From positions 5,739,498-5,802,103 of the forward strand of contig BFEA01000007.1 in the NCBI GenBank assembly GCA_003427395.1: a stretch of DNA of 62,606 nucleotides, given 5' to 3'. The notes beneath the pieces were generated by a model. It was not told where the DNA came from and ran no database searches. It saw nothing but the letters and a program-made list of their open reading frames with translations. The DNA is from Chara braunii. Lineage: Eukaryota; Plantae; Charophyceae. Made by a program: the position numbers and the translations under genes. Of the stretch, positions 23,981 to 37,252 are shown one piece after another; positions within the stretch are counted from its first letter, which is position 1; each line of letters opens with the position of its first letter.

Positions 23981-26900
23981 ACCTCACGCCCTGTATTGTC
24001 CTCCGTTCGGAGTGTTAGGCATGCGGAAAGAGGCCCAGAAAAAACAGCAAGATGGGGTGTGCCAAGGATTTTTGAAAATTGAGTGTGGGGACATATATGG
24101 AACTGAAATCCCCCGTGTTGGTCCGATGGAGCAAGTCGATTGCTTTCGCGCGTCGTGGGATGCGCGCGCGGGCACGGCGCGGAAAGAGAACGATTCAAAT
24201 TCAATCCAAAAAGTACTGTCAAGCTTCCCACCGGGCTACAGCCCGTCGTTTAGAACGGAAAGGCTTTGGCACGCTTCGCGTGTCTCGTTTTCGTATCAAA
24301 TCTCGTCGTCGTTCACTGGTCAGTTCCGAGTCTGACGTGGATGGTCTCAGCCGCGTGACCCTTTCTTTATGCTCGTCTTCACACGGTAGTGGAAACCCTT
24401 GGACTCGTAGCGCTCAAAACGCTGACATTCGGTGCACATAGTGCGCGGCCAGTGAGGTTCTACTGTCGTCCACGGGATGACGATCAACTCATTGAATGGC
24501 AACAATACTGAGTAAGGTGGGAAGTGTGTATCGATAATGACAAACCCAGCCTCTACAAACCCTGAACAGCGGTTGGCCGGAGGGAAGTAATATCGCCCGC
24601 CGATTTGTGAGACAACTTCTCGTACGTCCCACTCACATACACGTGTCCTTCCCTCGTTATACGGAAAAGGCCGTGTTGGGAAGGGAGGTACGGAAGGCTG
24701 GTGCCCGATCGGAGGGTACTGGTCAGTCCACATGTCGGTCAATTGTAAGGATCTTGCGTCGTCATCCAAAAAAAGAAAACACTCGTGCTACTCATAAACA
24801 ATTTCCTTCAACACGAGAGGGAGAGAGAAAGACGCTTCAATCGACTTGATCATGCATATAACTAAGGGATCGATCCGCGACTCAGGTTTAGTAAGCCAAC
24901 GCGACCTTAATCCCAGGCGCCTTGTTTTTCGAGGCCGCCTCATGATTTGGCTTGCTAATGTCGGCGCATAAGGCAGATGGCATGCGCAGTGCACTCAAAA
25001 CCACAGATCTACTAGTGAACACTCTTGCATTCTCGGACAAAATCTCGACGACAATCGTCTAATCAACGCAAAAGAGACGCGCATCTCCATATATTCATTC
25101 ACTCTGGAAGGTGCGAAAAATGAGCCATGCACAGGAAAAAAGATGGATTGCTCACACAGTACTCACGCATCCACCGTTCACAAGACAAAAAGACAGGGTC
25201 CTTGCGTAGGAGGACTACCCGGGAAACTAATGGAAGAGTTTCGAAAGAAGTTCTTTCACACAGAAACAGGATGCCGACTCATTCCCATTCAGGAGAGGGA
25301 CAATCATTCAGACGCANNNNNNNNNNNNNNNNNNNNNNNNNNNNNNNNNNNNNNNNNNNNNNNNNNNNNNNNNNNNNNNNNNNNNNNNNNNNNNNNNNNN
25401 NNNNNNNNNNNNNNNNNNNNNNNNNNNNNNNNNNNNNNNNNNNNNNNNNNNNNNNNNNNNNNNNNNNNNNNNNNNNNNNNNNNNNNNNNNNNNNNNNNNN
25501 NNNNNNNNNNNNNNNNNNNNNNNNNNNNNNNNNNNNNNNNNNNNNNNNNNNNNNNNNNNNNNNNNNNNNNNNNNNNNNNNNNNNNNNNNNNNNNNNNNNN
25601 NNNNNNNNNNNNNNNNNNNNNNNNNNNNNNNNNNNNNNNNNNNNNNNNNNNNNNNNNNNNNNNNNNNNNNNNNNNNNNNNNNNNNNNNNNNNNNNNNNNN
25701 NNNNNNNNNNNNNNNNNNNNNNNNNNNNNNNNNNNNNNNNNNNNNNNNNNNNNNNNNNNNNNNNNNNNNNNNNNNNNNNNNNNNNNNNNNNNNNNNNNNN
25801 NNNNNNNNNNNNNNNNNNNNNNNNNNNNNNNNNNNNNNNNNNNNNNNNNNNNNNNNNNNNNNNNNNNNNNNNNNNNNNNNNNNNNNNNNNNNNNNNNNNN
25901 NNNNNNNNNNNNNNNNNNNNNNNNNNNNNNNNNNNNNNNNNNNNNNNNNNNNNNNNNNNNNNNNNNNNNNNNNNNNNNNNNNNNNNNNNNNNNNNNNNNN
26001 NNNNNNNNNNNNNNNNNNNNNNNNNNNNNNNNNNNNNNNNNNNNNNNNNNNNNNNNNNNNNNNNNNNNNNNNNNNNNNNNNNNNNNNNNNNNNNNNNNNN
26101 NNNNNNNNNNNNNNNNNNNNNNNNNNNNNNNNNNNNNNNNNNNNNNNNNNNNNNNNCGACCGGGCGTCGTGCGCCAGGCTCAGAGGGTGAGAAGAGAAAA
26201 GGCGCGAGAAGTAGCGCAAGACGGGTCCAAGATTCAGATGATCAAGAAAGGGAAATGGGCGTGCAAAAAGCAAGGCGGGAGAGAGAGAGAGAGAGAAGGA
26301 AAACAGTTACGGGGATAGAGAAAAAAGAGGGAGAAGGGAAGGGAGTCGAGGGAGGGAGCGATGCGGGGGACAGAGTGGAGAAAGCTCTGCATACGCAGCA
26401 CCGTCAACAAAAAGAAAGAAAAAGGCACCGAAATAGTGACGGCCTGCTTCTATCCTAATTCAAAAATTGAAATCACCATATCCGCTTGCAAAAGGCGACG
26501 CAGGAAAAGAAAATCCTTCGCCTATTCGTATTCACGCAAAATTCCGAGAGTTTTTCCTAACGCGCCCAAGAACATATACACTCGAAAAGGACACGTCGAA
26601 GTTGCGCTTGTCCCGAAAAAAGCAACTCCTAGTAAAAGTGGTATTATTATTCCAAGTATTTTGGGTAAAATGCCAAGACCATATTTTCCAAAACAAAGTT
26701 GTGCCACTGCGTGGGAGCCTTTGCTTCTTCCTTTCTTATTGTTGTTTAACTGCTGGTACACCACTTATTTGTTCATTGACTAAGTTTAGAACGAATTCAT
26801 AAATCATTTCAACAAAAGATTGCCAACATAACAAAGCTATCAACACTACGCGTCAAATCTTCAGTGCTTTGCAGACGCTCGCAAGAGATCACTTTTTCAA

Positions 26901-28528
26901 AGTAATGATGCGCCGCAGCCTTGGTGTCATGATTAGAAACACATGCTATGTTTCCACAAATGGATTGTTGTATGTGCACTTGCTTGGGTCTAGACGAGAG
27001 AATTGAGATTCGTGGTTCACTTCTTGATTCTATCCTGGCACTAACTCCGCTCGCCAGAGCAGACGCTTCGCGTCTGNTCTATCGCCAGAGTCGCCTGGTT
27101 TAGGGNGCCGNAGNGACTCGTCGCCAAACTCACCTGACTCCCGTTTGTAACTTACAAACACGTGTGGTATTGTCAGGTCTAGGCGCCTGGCTGGTTTACC
27201 ATATATAGCATATAGCTACAATATTAGAAGATTGTGGTATGTAAAACCTTGATTTCGAAAACTTGAAGTCCAAAGATCCAATATTAAATTCCCCCTAGGT
27301 GAGAGTTGTCTCTATGTCGTAAATGCATCACTAGTGTTTCAAAATCAATCGAGCAAGCTCATAGGTCGCCTTGGTTTCAATGCCTGTAGCCTTCGTGTCG
27401 CCACGAAGTTCAGACTATATCATCATCCCAAGCAGGGATGTCTGGCGTGTAGTCGTTGAGGGGCGTAGCGCATGTATCAACACATGACTTCCCTGCCGAT
27501 TGTCCGCACCGACACATTTGTTATTTGGTCGGATACTCGGCGGAGTTCCCAGCATATATCCGACTTCGCGCCTACACATTACTGTGTAAGTACCCCAAGA
27601 TGATGAGGTGCCAAACGACTCCGGAGTAATGGGCACATGCTTCTCTGTACTAATTCGCATGGAATTAGCACAACCAGAAAATCAAATTCTTGGTGGAAAT
27701 CATCAACTTTATAATGTGTTAATAACAACTCACACTTTCTTAATGATCTGTGTGCCGCTGTGTTAGATGTTTGCAACCACACCACTGCAACAATGTGGTG
27801 AATACCTAGGACTTACTATAAATAAAATAAAATAAAAGTACCGATAGCTTGGACGCTGGTTGACCTGATAAAGAAAGCGACCTCTGTGCAGCCCATCTCT
27901 GTTCGGCCTGGGCTCGCCATCTACGTGCTTACCCGCCGNCGAACACCATCTTTCTTATTATGTATGGTGTGCGTTAATTGAAATATAATAGAAATGGGGG
28001 CACAAACTATTTAAACAAACAGGCCTCTGGAGGACTACAGCGATAGATAGATCCTGTAGTCTGCTCGCTCTGGCCAGACCTTTCTCTCAGGCATAATTTA
28101 ATTGATTTTCAAAGGTTACGAAGTCGGTAGATGTCGAAGCAGCCAACCACTGCTTAGTCAGTCTCACCCGACCGCCGACGGATTTGTACTGCTCAAGTAT
28201 GCGATGTGCTCTTTCGAGTCCATCGATTTAGGCTCCTTCCCGAATCAAATTATCCTTCGGCCTAGCTTTCAAGTTTCCAGTGGTGATCTTACCAACTGCC
28301 GAGCCCAATTCCCAGTGCACTCGCTAAGGCGCACGTAAATTCTCATGTATTTCCCGATTTTGCAAAAAGGAAAAACAAAACCCAGAAGTCGAAAAAGCTT
28401 TCAGAAAAAAATGAAAAATGCAACATCCGAAAACAAGAAATCGAAACGGGGTCTTTCTGGGGCTGGTATGATACAAGCAAAAGAAGGGGTACGAAAGACG
28501 ACACGGGTTCGGGAAGTGGTTCGTCACG
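23981..28528 (-). repeat. Element A 5' LTR, interrupted by an insertion at about 26617-28288; contains an N gap
   Basis: Homology to 12960-15790. Confidence 0.9.
26617..28288. mobile_element. Unclassified insertion of about 1.67 kb in the element A 5' LTR
   Basis: Absent from the 3' LTR, where tcccggaattgccaactgcc is contiguous; no clear TIR or TSD. Confidence 0.75.
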
Positions 28529-28676
28529 CGTCTAGGAACCGAGCCCTGGGTGTTGCGTCCATCAGTGTAATAGATGAAAACCGTTTGACTCCCGCCAGCC
28601 ATAATTCAAGGTCCTTCGAGAATACTTTAGTGTAAGATAGGACCTTTGCCCTTCCTTTCTCTATCATAGGCATGAA

Positions 28677-28840
28677 CTATGTCGGGAGCGGTCTGTAAAA
28701 GTTTGTGAACCATCGGTTGTCCTCCGGTTTGTCATAAGTGAACCTAACTTTATATTGTTTTTGTGGATGACCTCTACCTCTGGTTCTAAACACATCCTCT
28801 TCCACAATGCGATCTATATCGTATGTGTCATCCATATCCG
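28677..28840 (-). pseudogene. Element B chromodomain
   Basis: TYDIDRIVEEDVFRTRGRGHPQKQYKVRFTYDKPEDNRW. Confidence 0.7.
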
Positions 28841-31800
28841 GCGGAAGCATCGACGACGCGACAAAAATTGTTGACTGGTGACACAAGGTAGTAACTTGGA
28901 CGCATGGAAGACTAGGTATGTGTGAAGGTGTGGTGAAATTTCTACTGTGTAAGAAGGTCCGTCCTCTCCAACTTTCACTTCTAGGACAGGTCATGGTCCC
29001 TTATATGCAGGCAACAACTTTTGTGAGATGTTTTCTTATGGGGCGAACTCCTTGGACTTGACCAAAGCTAAGTCACCTACCTGAAACTGTGATGGTCGAT
29101 GATGCTTATTAGCTTGTTTTATCATTCTGTGTTGAACTTTCTTCAGATCATCAGACACCCTTGCGATTTCATTTTCATGTTGTTATGCAAACTCTCTAGT
29201 TCCGGATGACAGTCTCTGTATTTGGTCACGGTTCAATCCTTCAAACGGCCTGTGTGGTTTAAAGGACTTGTGTGACTCATTAGGAGTTTGGCAAGTACCT
29301 AGATGAACATTGTTATTGTAGGCGCTAGCTACTTTAGGAAGCATCTCGTCCAGTTAATTTGGTCCGGTCTAATATACATCTTGAGTATCTGTTGCATAAT
29401 TTTATTAATCTGTTCAGTTTGGCCGTTAGTCTCTGGATGACGATCGGATGACATCAACAACTTTGAGCCATGGACTTGCATAAGTTTCTGTTAGTGCTGA
29501 CTAGTAAACCGTGTATCCCTATCGCTAACTATGGATAACGGAATTCCATGTTCGCTTGCCCGGGAATCGAAAAACTTCTCTATAACTAATTATGTATGTG
29601 CCTCAGAAGGCAGAGGAAAAAAAACTGCATACTTGCTAAAGCGGTCTACTATGCCCATGTGGTTCTTGCAATGCATACTCCTGACCCTAACATCCATAAA
29701 ATCAATGGATACAGACTCTCCGAGTCCTGAAGGGATAGGCAAGGGTCTCAGAAGACCCAATGGAACTCGTGCCGTAGTTTTTTGCGTTGGCATACCTTAC
29801 AACAACGCACGTACTCTATACAATCAGCTTTCATGTCGGACCATGTGTAGGCGCGGGTCAGGTTGGTTAATGTCTTTTGCCATCCAAAGTTTCATTATGT
29901 ATCGTGACATTCCCCTAAGATTAAACTCCGGATCTCTTCATCATTGAAAATGTATAGCCTATCTACGACGTTCGTTTTCTCAAACTGTAACCCGTTTGTG
30001 GTGGGTAGTTAGGTTCACTCTCTGGGTTCTCTCTTACTTTCTTCAGAAGGTCACTATGGATAGGGTCTTGAGCATACGCATCTCTAACTTTTTTCTGCAA
30101 GTCAATACCCATGTCTACATAGTGAACTATAATTCCAAAATAGTCGAGAGCATCCGCAACCATGTTGTACTTCCCTTTAATGAGTTTGAGCTCGAAATCA
30201 AACTGATCTACTTCTGCAGACCACCTAGTAAGCTTAGGTATCATCTTGGCTTGCGTTTTCAGCAGCATGAGTGCTTTGTGGTCTGAATAAACTTTGAAGT
30301 GTCTCCCAAGCAAGTAATGTCTCCAGTCATCTAGTGCTTGCCTGAGAGCATAGAGTTCTCCTTCATAAGTTGAAGTTGTTATCTTCTCTGAAGGCAACCT
30401 AACAGACATGAACTCCACGGGTTTGTACCCATCGTCATCATCTTGCTGCAACACAACATCAATGTCATACTGACTCGCGTCTGTAATAACGACAAAGGGT
30501 AAGGATGAATCATCTACCTTGAGGACAGGGTATTCTACCAAGGTCCGTTTCAACTTCTTAAGGGATGAGGTGCAGTTTTGGTTCCACTTCTAGATTGCTT
30601 ATTTCATTAGTAGTCTGCGAAGAGGAGCAACGATAACAGAGAAGTTTCTAACGAACTTTACGTAATAGTTGGCCAATCCAAGGAACGATTGCAATTCTAT
30701 TAGCATACGAGGAGTTGGTCAGTCCCTAATCGCTGTGATCTTACCGTCCTTAGGTTTTACACCATCTTCATCTAAGACGTGACCCTAGTACAAGATTTCG
30801 GTTTTTACCCACTCACACTTCTTCGCATTGATCTTGAAGTTTGCCTTGCGTAACTTCTCAAAGATCTGGCTCAGATGAGCCTCATGCTCCTGGAGGGTTT
30901 TACTAAAGATTAAGATGCCATCTAAATATACTACTACAAATCTTTATAACCACGGCCTAAACAAATCATTCATACAATGTTGAAAAGTGGTCGGTGCATT
31001 CGTTAATCCAAAGGGCATCACTATGAACTCATAATGCTCGTATGTAGCCATGAACGCTGTTTTGTACTGATCATCAGAGTGAACCTCAATCAGATGGTAC
31101 CCTGACTTTAAGCCTTTCTTTGTAAAGTATCGCAACCCTGCACTCGATCAAGCAGATCATCTATTCAGGGCAGTGGTTCTGCATTCTTGGCTGTAACAAC
31201 ATTCGAACCTCTTTAGTCAATGCATATTCTTAACTCTCCCTCTTTCTTGGGGACAAAAGAAACATGTGCTCCAAATGAAGACGAACTGAGTCTAATTCAA
31301 CCCTTATCGAGGAGCTCGTCTAACTGCTTGTACAACTTCTCTAACTCTTTATGAGATATTCTGTAAATTGATCCTTTGAGATGTTTACTATCAAGCTCTT
31401 GTGGATACCGCTAAATACATAAAAAGACTTCAAACCCAAGGTTTCCTCAAAGGGAATGAGCCACAACCAATGCGATGCTGGATGGGACGCGGTACTACTC
31501 CTGGAAGAGTTTCTTAACAAATCTATGTACTCTTCCAGCAACTTGACAATAATGGGGTAGGTTGATTCTTCTTTCTTAGGCTCGGTAACTGACCTACTAA
31601 CATAGGCTGCAAAGAATTGTTCTTTTAGTTGTTTCTTTTTAACTAATTGTGTAAACGGAGGAGTACTGAGACAACAATGTGCTGGAGAGTTATCTACTCC
31701 TGACACATGGAATAGGCGGACCTTCTTGACGTCACCAAAAGGACTTGAAAACCTACACTCGTGCTCTCGCAAATGCAGTGTGGTTCATGTAGTCTCTCCC

Positions 31801-32162
31801 CAATACAATCCTAACACCATATCGAAAGGGAAAAAAATTTCAACGAGGAACGTCAAGGAATGAAAAAATCTCTCAACTTTTCCATTTGTTTCTAGGCGGA
31901 AATATGTTTGGACTCCCTCGACATAATCTTCGATTTGCATTGTGTGGTTGTCAGCGAGGATACTGACTACATGCTCTTATAACTTTTGGACTCTCAAGCT
32001 AAGTTTTAACTTCTTTAGCGCTTTACGACTAATATAGCTATGCGTGGCCCCACTGTCTACAAGGGCCCCTACTATTCCTGTAAGAATCTCCACATCTGCT
32101 ATTAATAGTTGTCCTTTACCTTCTTTCTTCATCTTGGCCCAAACCGGCATTCTCTCCTTCAA
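28840..32162 (-). pseudogene. Element B pol (PR-RT-RH-IN), heavily degenerate
   Basis: ALVDSGATHSYIS; MPFGLTNAPTTFQ; TDASQY..ELYALRQALDDWRHYLLG; GLLRPLPIP..SVSIDFM..IVDRFSK. Confidence 0.92.
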
Positions 32163-32399
32163 TTATTTTGTCAGGTCTATGAGGGAAATGTCCACAGAGA
32201 CACTAACGCAAGCAGTCTCTGGACAGTTAACAAGACGCTGGCCATCAACCTCTGTAGTAGGCACACATGGAGTGGGAGTTTCTACTTGGTGCGCGCACTC
32301 ATCTCCACGCAGTCTAGAGGTAAGGGCAATTGCTACCCTTACCAGCGGTTGCCTTTTGCTGCCTTGACAGCAACTCACTAGACACTTTGGACAAATTTT

Positions 32400-33904
32400 G
32401 ATGATGTGTCCAGGATCACCATATAAAACGCATTGAAACCTGTCTATCCTTTTTGCCAATCAGTTTGTTCAATGCCTGGGGATTCCCAGGGTCAGCCCTC
32501 AAGCCGACCAGGGTGCTAACCACCCCCTCTGGGAGGTGATCGATTAGAACGAGGACGGTTAGACGGGGGACCTTGACCCCTACCTCCCGCTTGGTGGTTT
32601 CCTCTACCGCCACCCCCCCGGCCGCCCCGCCCTCGACCACCACAGGCTTGGCCACCTTAGCCTTGACATCTTCCCCCTCCTTGCGACCTCCATCCAACCG
32701 TGACAGCAGCACAAGTACTCCCCTGACCTACACTACAGTCTGACTCGTCCATGCCCCACTCTATCTCGCTGTAAGGGACCTCTTCTAGAATAAGGATAAG
32801 ACTATCCTTGGCCTTAACTTAACTCGTGATGGTCTGACCCTTCCACTTTTTTGCCTGTGGCAAGGTCCTTATGCCAGAAAGTGGTTACTGGAGCGGACTA
32901 GGCCTCAAAGGCAACAACCTCGCGACTTAGCGTGTCGTATGTCATATCAGGTTGTTGCTTTCTGGTGAAGAAGTGCCAGTGCAAATTTTCGGGGATGGCG
33001 AGATAAAACAGTTGGACAAGTTGGGTCGCAGTGACCCCATGTCCAGGGACAACGACAATCTCATCCATAGCAGCTTTGAGTGATCGTGCATTCCTCTATT
33101 GTCGCGTGTGGATTGTTTAAAGTTTGTCAGACGCCCTAATGCCCCCGGTGACGTCTGCAAAGCGTTCACGGAGAGCAGGCAAAAAATCACTCAAGTTAGT
33201 GATGGAGGAATATGTGATCATGCCATTGTCACATTTAGCAGCGCGTGCAAGCGACCTAGCAAAACTAGCGCTTCTTCCTTTGAGGCCTAGAAGGCTACAA
33301 GGACGTGATTCTCTAGCGCGATATCTTGTAGGTGCAAATAGGACTTGATATTGGCTTCCCAATTATCAAAGTCCTCTCCCTTCTTCCCACCAAATGGTTC
33401 AGGGAATCTGACCTTTACGTGCTCACGGTGCGGTCGTGCCTCCTCTTCTTTGCGAGCCGCTATCTTGGTGCCTTGTATGACATCAATACAAAACTTCTTT
33501 GTGCCCTCTATTGTGGTGCGCATTTCGCTTACGACATGAAACATCATATCTCGTGCAAAATCCTTAAAGCCTATGCAAATGGACTGTAGGGCAATCTCAT
33601 GGCCCCTAAGGTAACGCAACTGCTCTTGCTGAGCTCTAAACATAGCATCCATGTTATGGGATATGAGTTTTAGTTTTCTATTGAGGTCAATTTGTACTCC
33701 CAGTTGCCCCTGCTGCTCTTCAACAACCATCAACTCTCTCTCAATTTTCTTTGTCGCCTGTAATTGCCTTGTTCTCTCCCTCGCAAGGCATAGCTTCCAC
33801 TCCAACCTCTTTTCATCTTCCTTGGTCTGTCGACGCAAGGGATCCTGCTCCTTTTCCAACTCTTGTTCCACCGCTTCTCTCTCTGCTTGAGGGACAAGCA
33901 ACAT
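32400..33904 (-). pseudogene. gag: Element B gag remnant
   Basis: Coiled-coil region then KVRFPEPFGGKKGEDFDNWEANIKSYL; FLPALRERFAD; degenerate zinc knuckle near 32400. Confidence 0.75.
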
Positions 33905-35434
33905 AGCTTCTTCATCCTCCCCAGGGCTATATTAGCCACTCAGTCTGTCACCATCTTCTCCACCTTCGCCTCCTTGTCCCGGGCACTACTAGATTCCCCT
34001 CTCTTCAGTTCTCGCCGTTCTTTGCAGAGGAACCTCTTCTTCTTCTTCTTCTTCTTCTTCTTCTTCTTCTTCTACGGCTGCCGCTGCTTCCTCTTTCTCC
34101 TTTTGCAACAGTTTTAACTTTTCTTCCAACTCCTTATTCTCTAACTACGGTGCCTTCTTGGCCTATTCTCTAACTTTTTATTCTCCTTCCTCGTCTTTTG
34201 TTCGGCCAATTCTTACAGCTTCCTCCTCCTGCTCCCTTATGTAAGGGGAGGTCCTTGTCCCAACCCTCGTTGTGACTCCGCAGGTAAGGATTCGCCAAAA
34301 TCCTAAAAGGAAGAGGAACTGGCAGAGGGTCCCTCAAAAGGAGAACCCCACGAGCAAGGAATACATCAGATAGTCATCCATGGTGTCAGGTGCACAATCC
34401 AATGGAAGTTCCACTCCTCAGCACTTCGACTTATCCACCAACTGACTGACTGACCGACTCTCTAAGGACCATAAAGTCTTCCCCTTTATTCAAGCCAAAT
34501 TACCATAGTCGTCGGAAGCTTTCCCTACCACTCTCACGAAAACTTTTCATGTTTTAAGTGCTCCTCGCACCCGCGATCAATCCCACCTGACTTTCACTCT
34601 GGTTCAGAACTCTGTCAGCTATGGTCTCTAACCTAGTCTACTCTAAGGCTGTCACTACAAGACTTTACTGCTGATTAGGAGACATTTAAGCAGATCCTCC
34701 ATAACTCCTCAGAAATTCTTTAACGTCGTAGTCAGGATGGCATGATCAGTGGAGTCCCCTCAACACTTAGACAACTAGATGTGCAGTCTACAACTCAAAG
34801 TTTAGGCCTACCGCGCCACATTGAGTAGCCCGTCGGTCACTACCGGTCCTTGGGGGTCTTGTCTTTGGGACGTGTCAGTCGTCAGACACGACCTTTAGCC
34901 CTACTAAGTCCTGTGCAGGTTTGGTCACCACAACTTTATTGAGCACATACATGGAGTCCTATCACCTAGACAAAAGTGACTTAATGCAGAAAGAAGAGAC
35001 AAACTGACGCTCGACAAGTACCAAGGTTATGTGCACATCCACAAGGTAAGGGATAGGCCAAGGCTTGGAGGAATCATACCATACTCCAGCTTGGTCAAAA
35101 GTTTTGGTCAATGCCTCCGGTCAACGGTCTTGGTCAACGTCGGTCAATGCCGGTCTACGCCAACGAACACCTCGATCAAACTCACCCAGTGTCGGTTAAC
35201 TTCGTATCGGTCAATCTTTGACCTCATGGCTATGGCCGTCGACCCTTCTCCTTCGTCGACCATCTTTTTTCTCCTCTCACCTTCTTCCTCATCTGACCTT
35301 GGTTGTGGCTCCCTTTTCTTCCCTTCGTTTTTTCTTCCTCCTTTCTTCCTCGTCTCTTTCTTCTTCATCACCCCCAGTGATCGTCTTCTTCCTTATGACG
35401 GAGCTCGGCGGCTATGGCCGCCACTTCGTGCATC

Positions 35435-35440
<6 letters not shown>

Positions 35441-35522
<82 letters not shown>
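35441..35522. repeat. (CT)n microsatellite
   Basis: Directly visible. Confidence 0.95.
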
Positions 35523-35524
<2 letters not shown>

Positions 35525-36056
35525 CGTCTTCTTCTTTTTCAGGCGCGGCGGCTATGGTCACCCTTCTTCAATTTGGCACAGTGACCTTCTTCTTCGCGAC
35601 GATTCTTTTCTTCGCGACGGTCCTCTTCAATGCGGAGGGGGGCACACAGTGATGGGCACAACGATAGTAGCGCACACAACAACAACGGCGCACATATACA
35701 AGCGTCGCACAAAGCACAACCAGGGGCATTCAGATGATACCGCCGCATGGCACACGACAGTCGCAGCAATGCGCAGCGGCGCGCACAGGCAATAACTAGC
35801 GCGTGGGAAAGAGCGGGGTGCGCATGGCACAACGGATGCGCGCGCGGGCAGTGGGAGCGCGCGATGGCAGCGGTAGCGGCGCACGACAAGGTTGACGTGC
35901 GACACGTAAGCGCGCGGAGAACTTGCGTGCACTGGCGCGCAGTCTGGGCTCAAGGTGCCCCTCCTCCTCTCTCGATGTCTGCGGCGATGATGATCGACGA
36001 CGACACGTACCTCCAAGATTATGACAACGACAATGGCACAGGACAACGGGCACCAA

Positions 36057-36067
36057 CTCCGATACCA
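36057..36067 (-). promoter_or_regulatory. Element B primer-binding site (tRNA-iMet)
   Basis: Reverse complement TGGTATCGGAG, 1 nt from the LTR end. Confidence 0.85.
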
Positions 36068-36068
36068 G

Positions 36069-36266
36069 TGCAATCAGACTTGTCTTCAACTTGCCTCAGT
36101 GTGCATGCAAACAGATGACGACCAAACTTGGCGTGAAGTGCCCACACAAAGCTCAAAGATAAAATGTGGCTAGGAACACAACTTATATTCAAACTTGTCT
36201 CTGATAGGTACAGAGTAGGATGCCAGACAAAGATTCCCACCCAATCAACTGTATTCACCAACAACT

Positions 36267-36334
<68 letters not shown>

Positions 36335-36512
36335 CGGATCACTCTGGATGTTTCGCACACACGGACACTCCCTATCCTATCCTACGTGGCATCTATGGTT
36401 GTCGTTTTCCTCCTACTCTAACTCGCGGCTATGGCCACGTCTTCCTCCTCTTAGCCCCCTTCTTCTTCAGGCACCCAAGATCGTCGTCGGTCTGCCCTTG
36501 GACTCTAGGCCT
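36069..36512 (-). repeat. Element B 5' LTR, first part, with (CA)n at 36271-36330; continues 41881 to about 42200
   Basis: Homology to 12075-12948. Confidence 0.8.
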
Positions 36513-37252
36513 TGGAAAGGTGGAGGGGAAGATGTTGTACATCGCGATATTAATGCTCAAGGCATCTTCTTCTACTTTTGGATCCATTGTGTTTAATCTT
36601 TCTCATGGACTAGAGCCTCAGCGTCGACCTTGCCGTGGCTTGGGAACAAGGCTAAGGTGTCGTCTTCATTAGACTACGCTTCGTCCGAAGTTATGTTCTA
36701 TGGAGTCGTGCGTTCGGAATATTTGATATCTGTTTCGCTATCGATTATTGATTGATGGTCTAATTATTGGATCTCTTTTTCTTTCTTCTCTTTTCTTTTT
36801 CTTTTTCTTTTTCTATTCGTTTCTCTTTATTCCTTTATTCCACACTTGAGTGGTGGATCAATTTTACATAATGGGCTTAATGGGTGTATTTGGTATCGAC
36901 ATTGTTTACATTTTGAGCACTTTATTGCACTAATAGACTCCTTCTCCTTCGTTTCTCTATTCCCGTCCTATGTCGATGTGTTTACTCAGCGTGGCTCTAT
37001 CTAAGTTCGTAGGCGTCCTCTGTACCACCGTGGACAACGATCACAGAGTGCGACCTAGGTATGGTGGTTAAAGCGGTCGCCTCCATTGAAGCGAGCAGCT
37101 GGTTGGACCACCCGCGAGCTATCGAGACAGTTATCGGTATTGGCATCAGCTTGTGCGTCTTTTCCTTTATCGCTGGGCGTATGTACCCGAGAAGCCGAGG
37201 CGGGAAGACCAACAATCGACGCGGCAAGTGGTCTAACTGCGGTCGGTACTAG

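Larger units (their letters stand above)
12949..28528 (-). mobile_element. Element A: Ty3/gypsy LTR retrotransposon with long LTRs (about 2.8 kb including gaps), PHD-integrase and accessory ORFs
   Basis: Paired LTRs, PBS, gag/PR/RT/RH/IN order; TSD CGTC at 12945-12948 and 28529-28532; removing it restores host LTR sequence colinear with 42145-42178. Confidence 0.92.

Noticed and set aside
12949-28528. Element A as a DIRS/Ngaro tyrosine-recombinase element
   Set aside because: It encodes a protease and a DDE integrase, has a PBS and a TSD, and no recombinase motif was seen.
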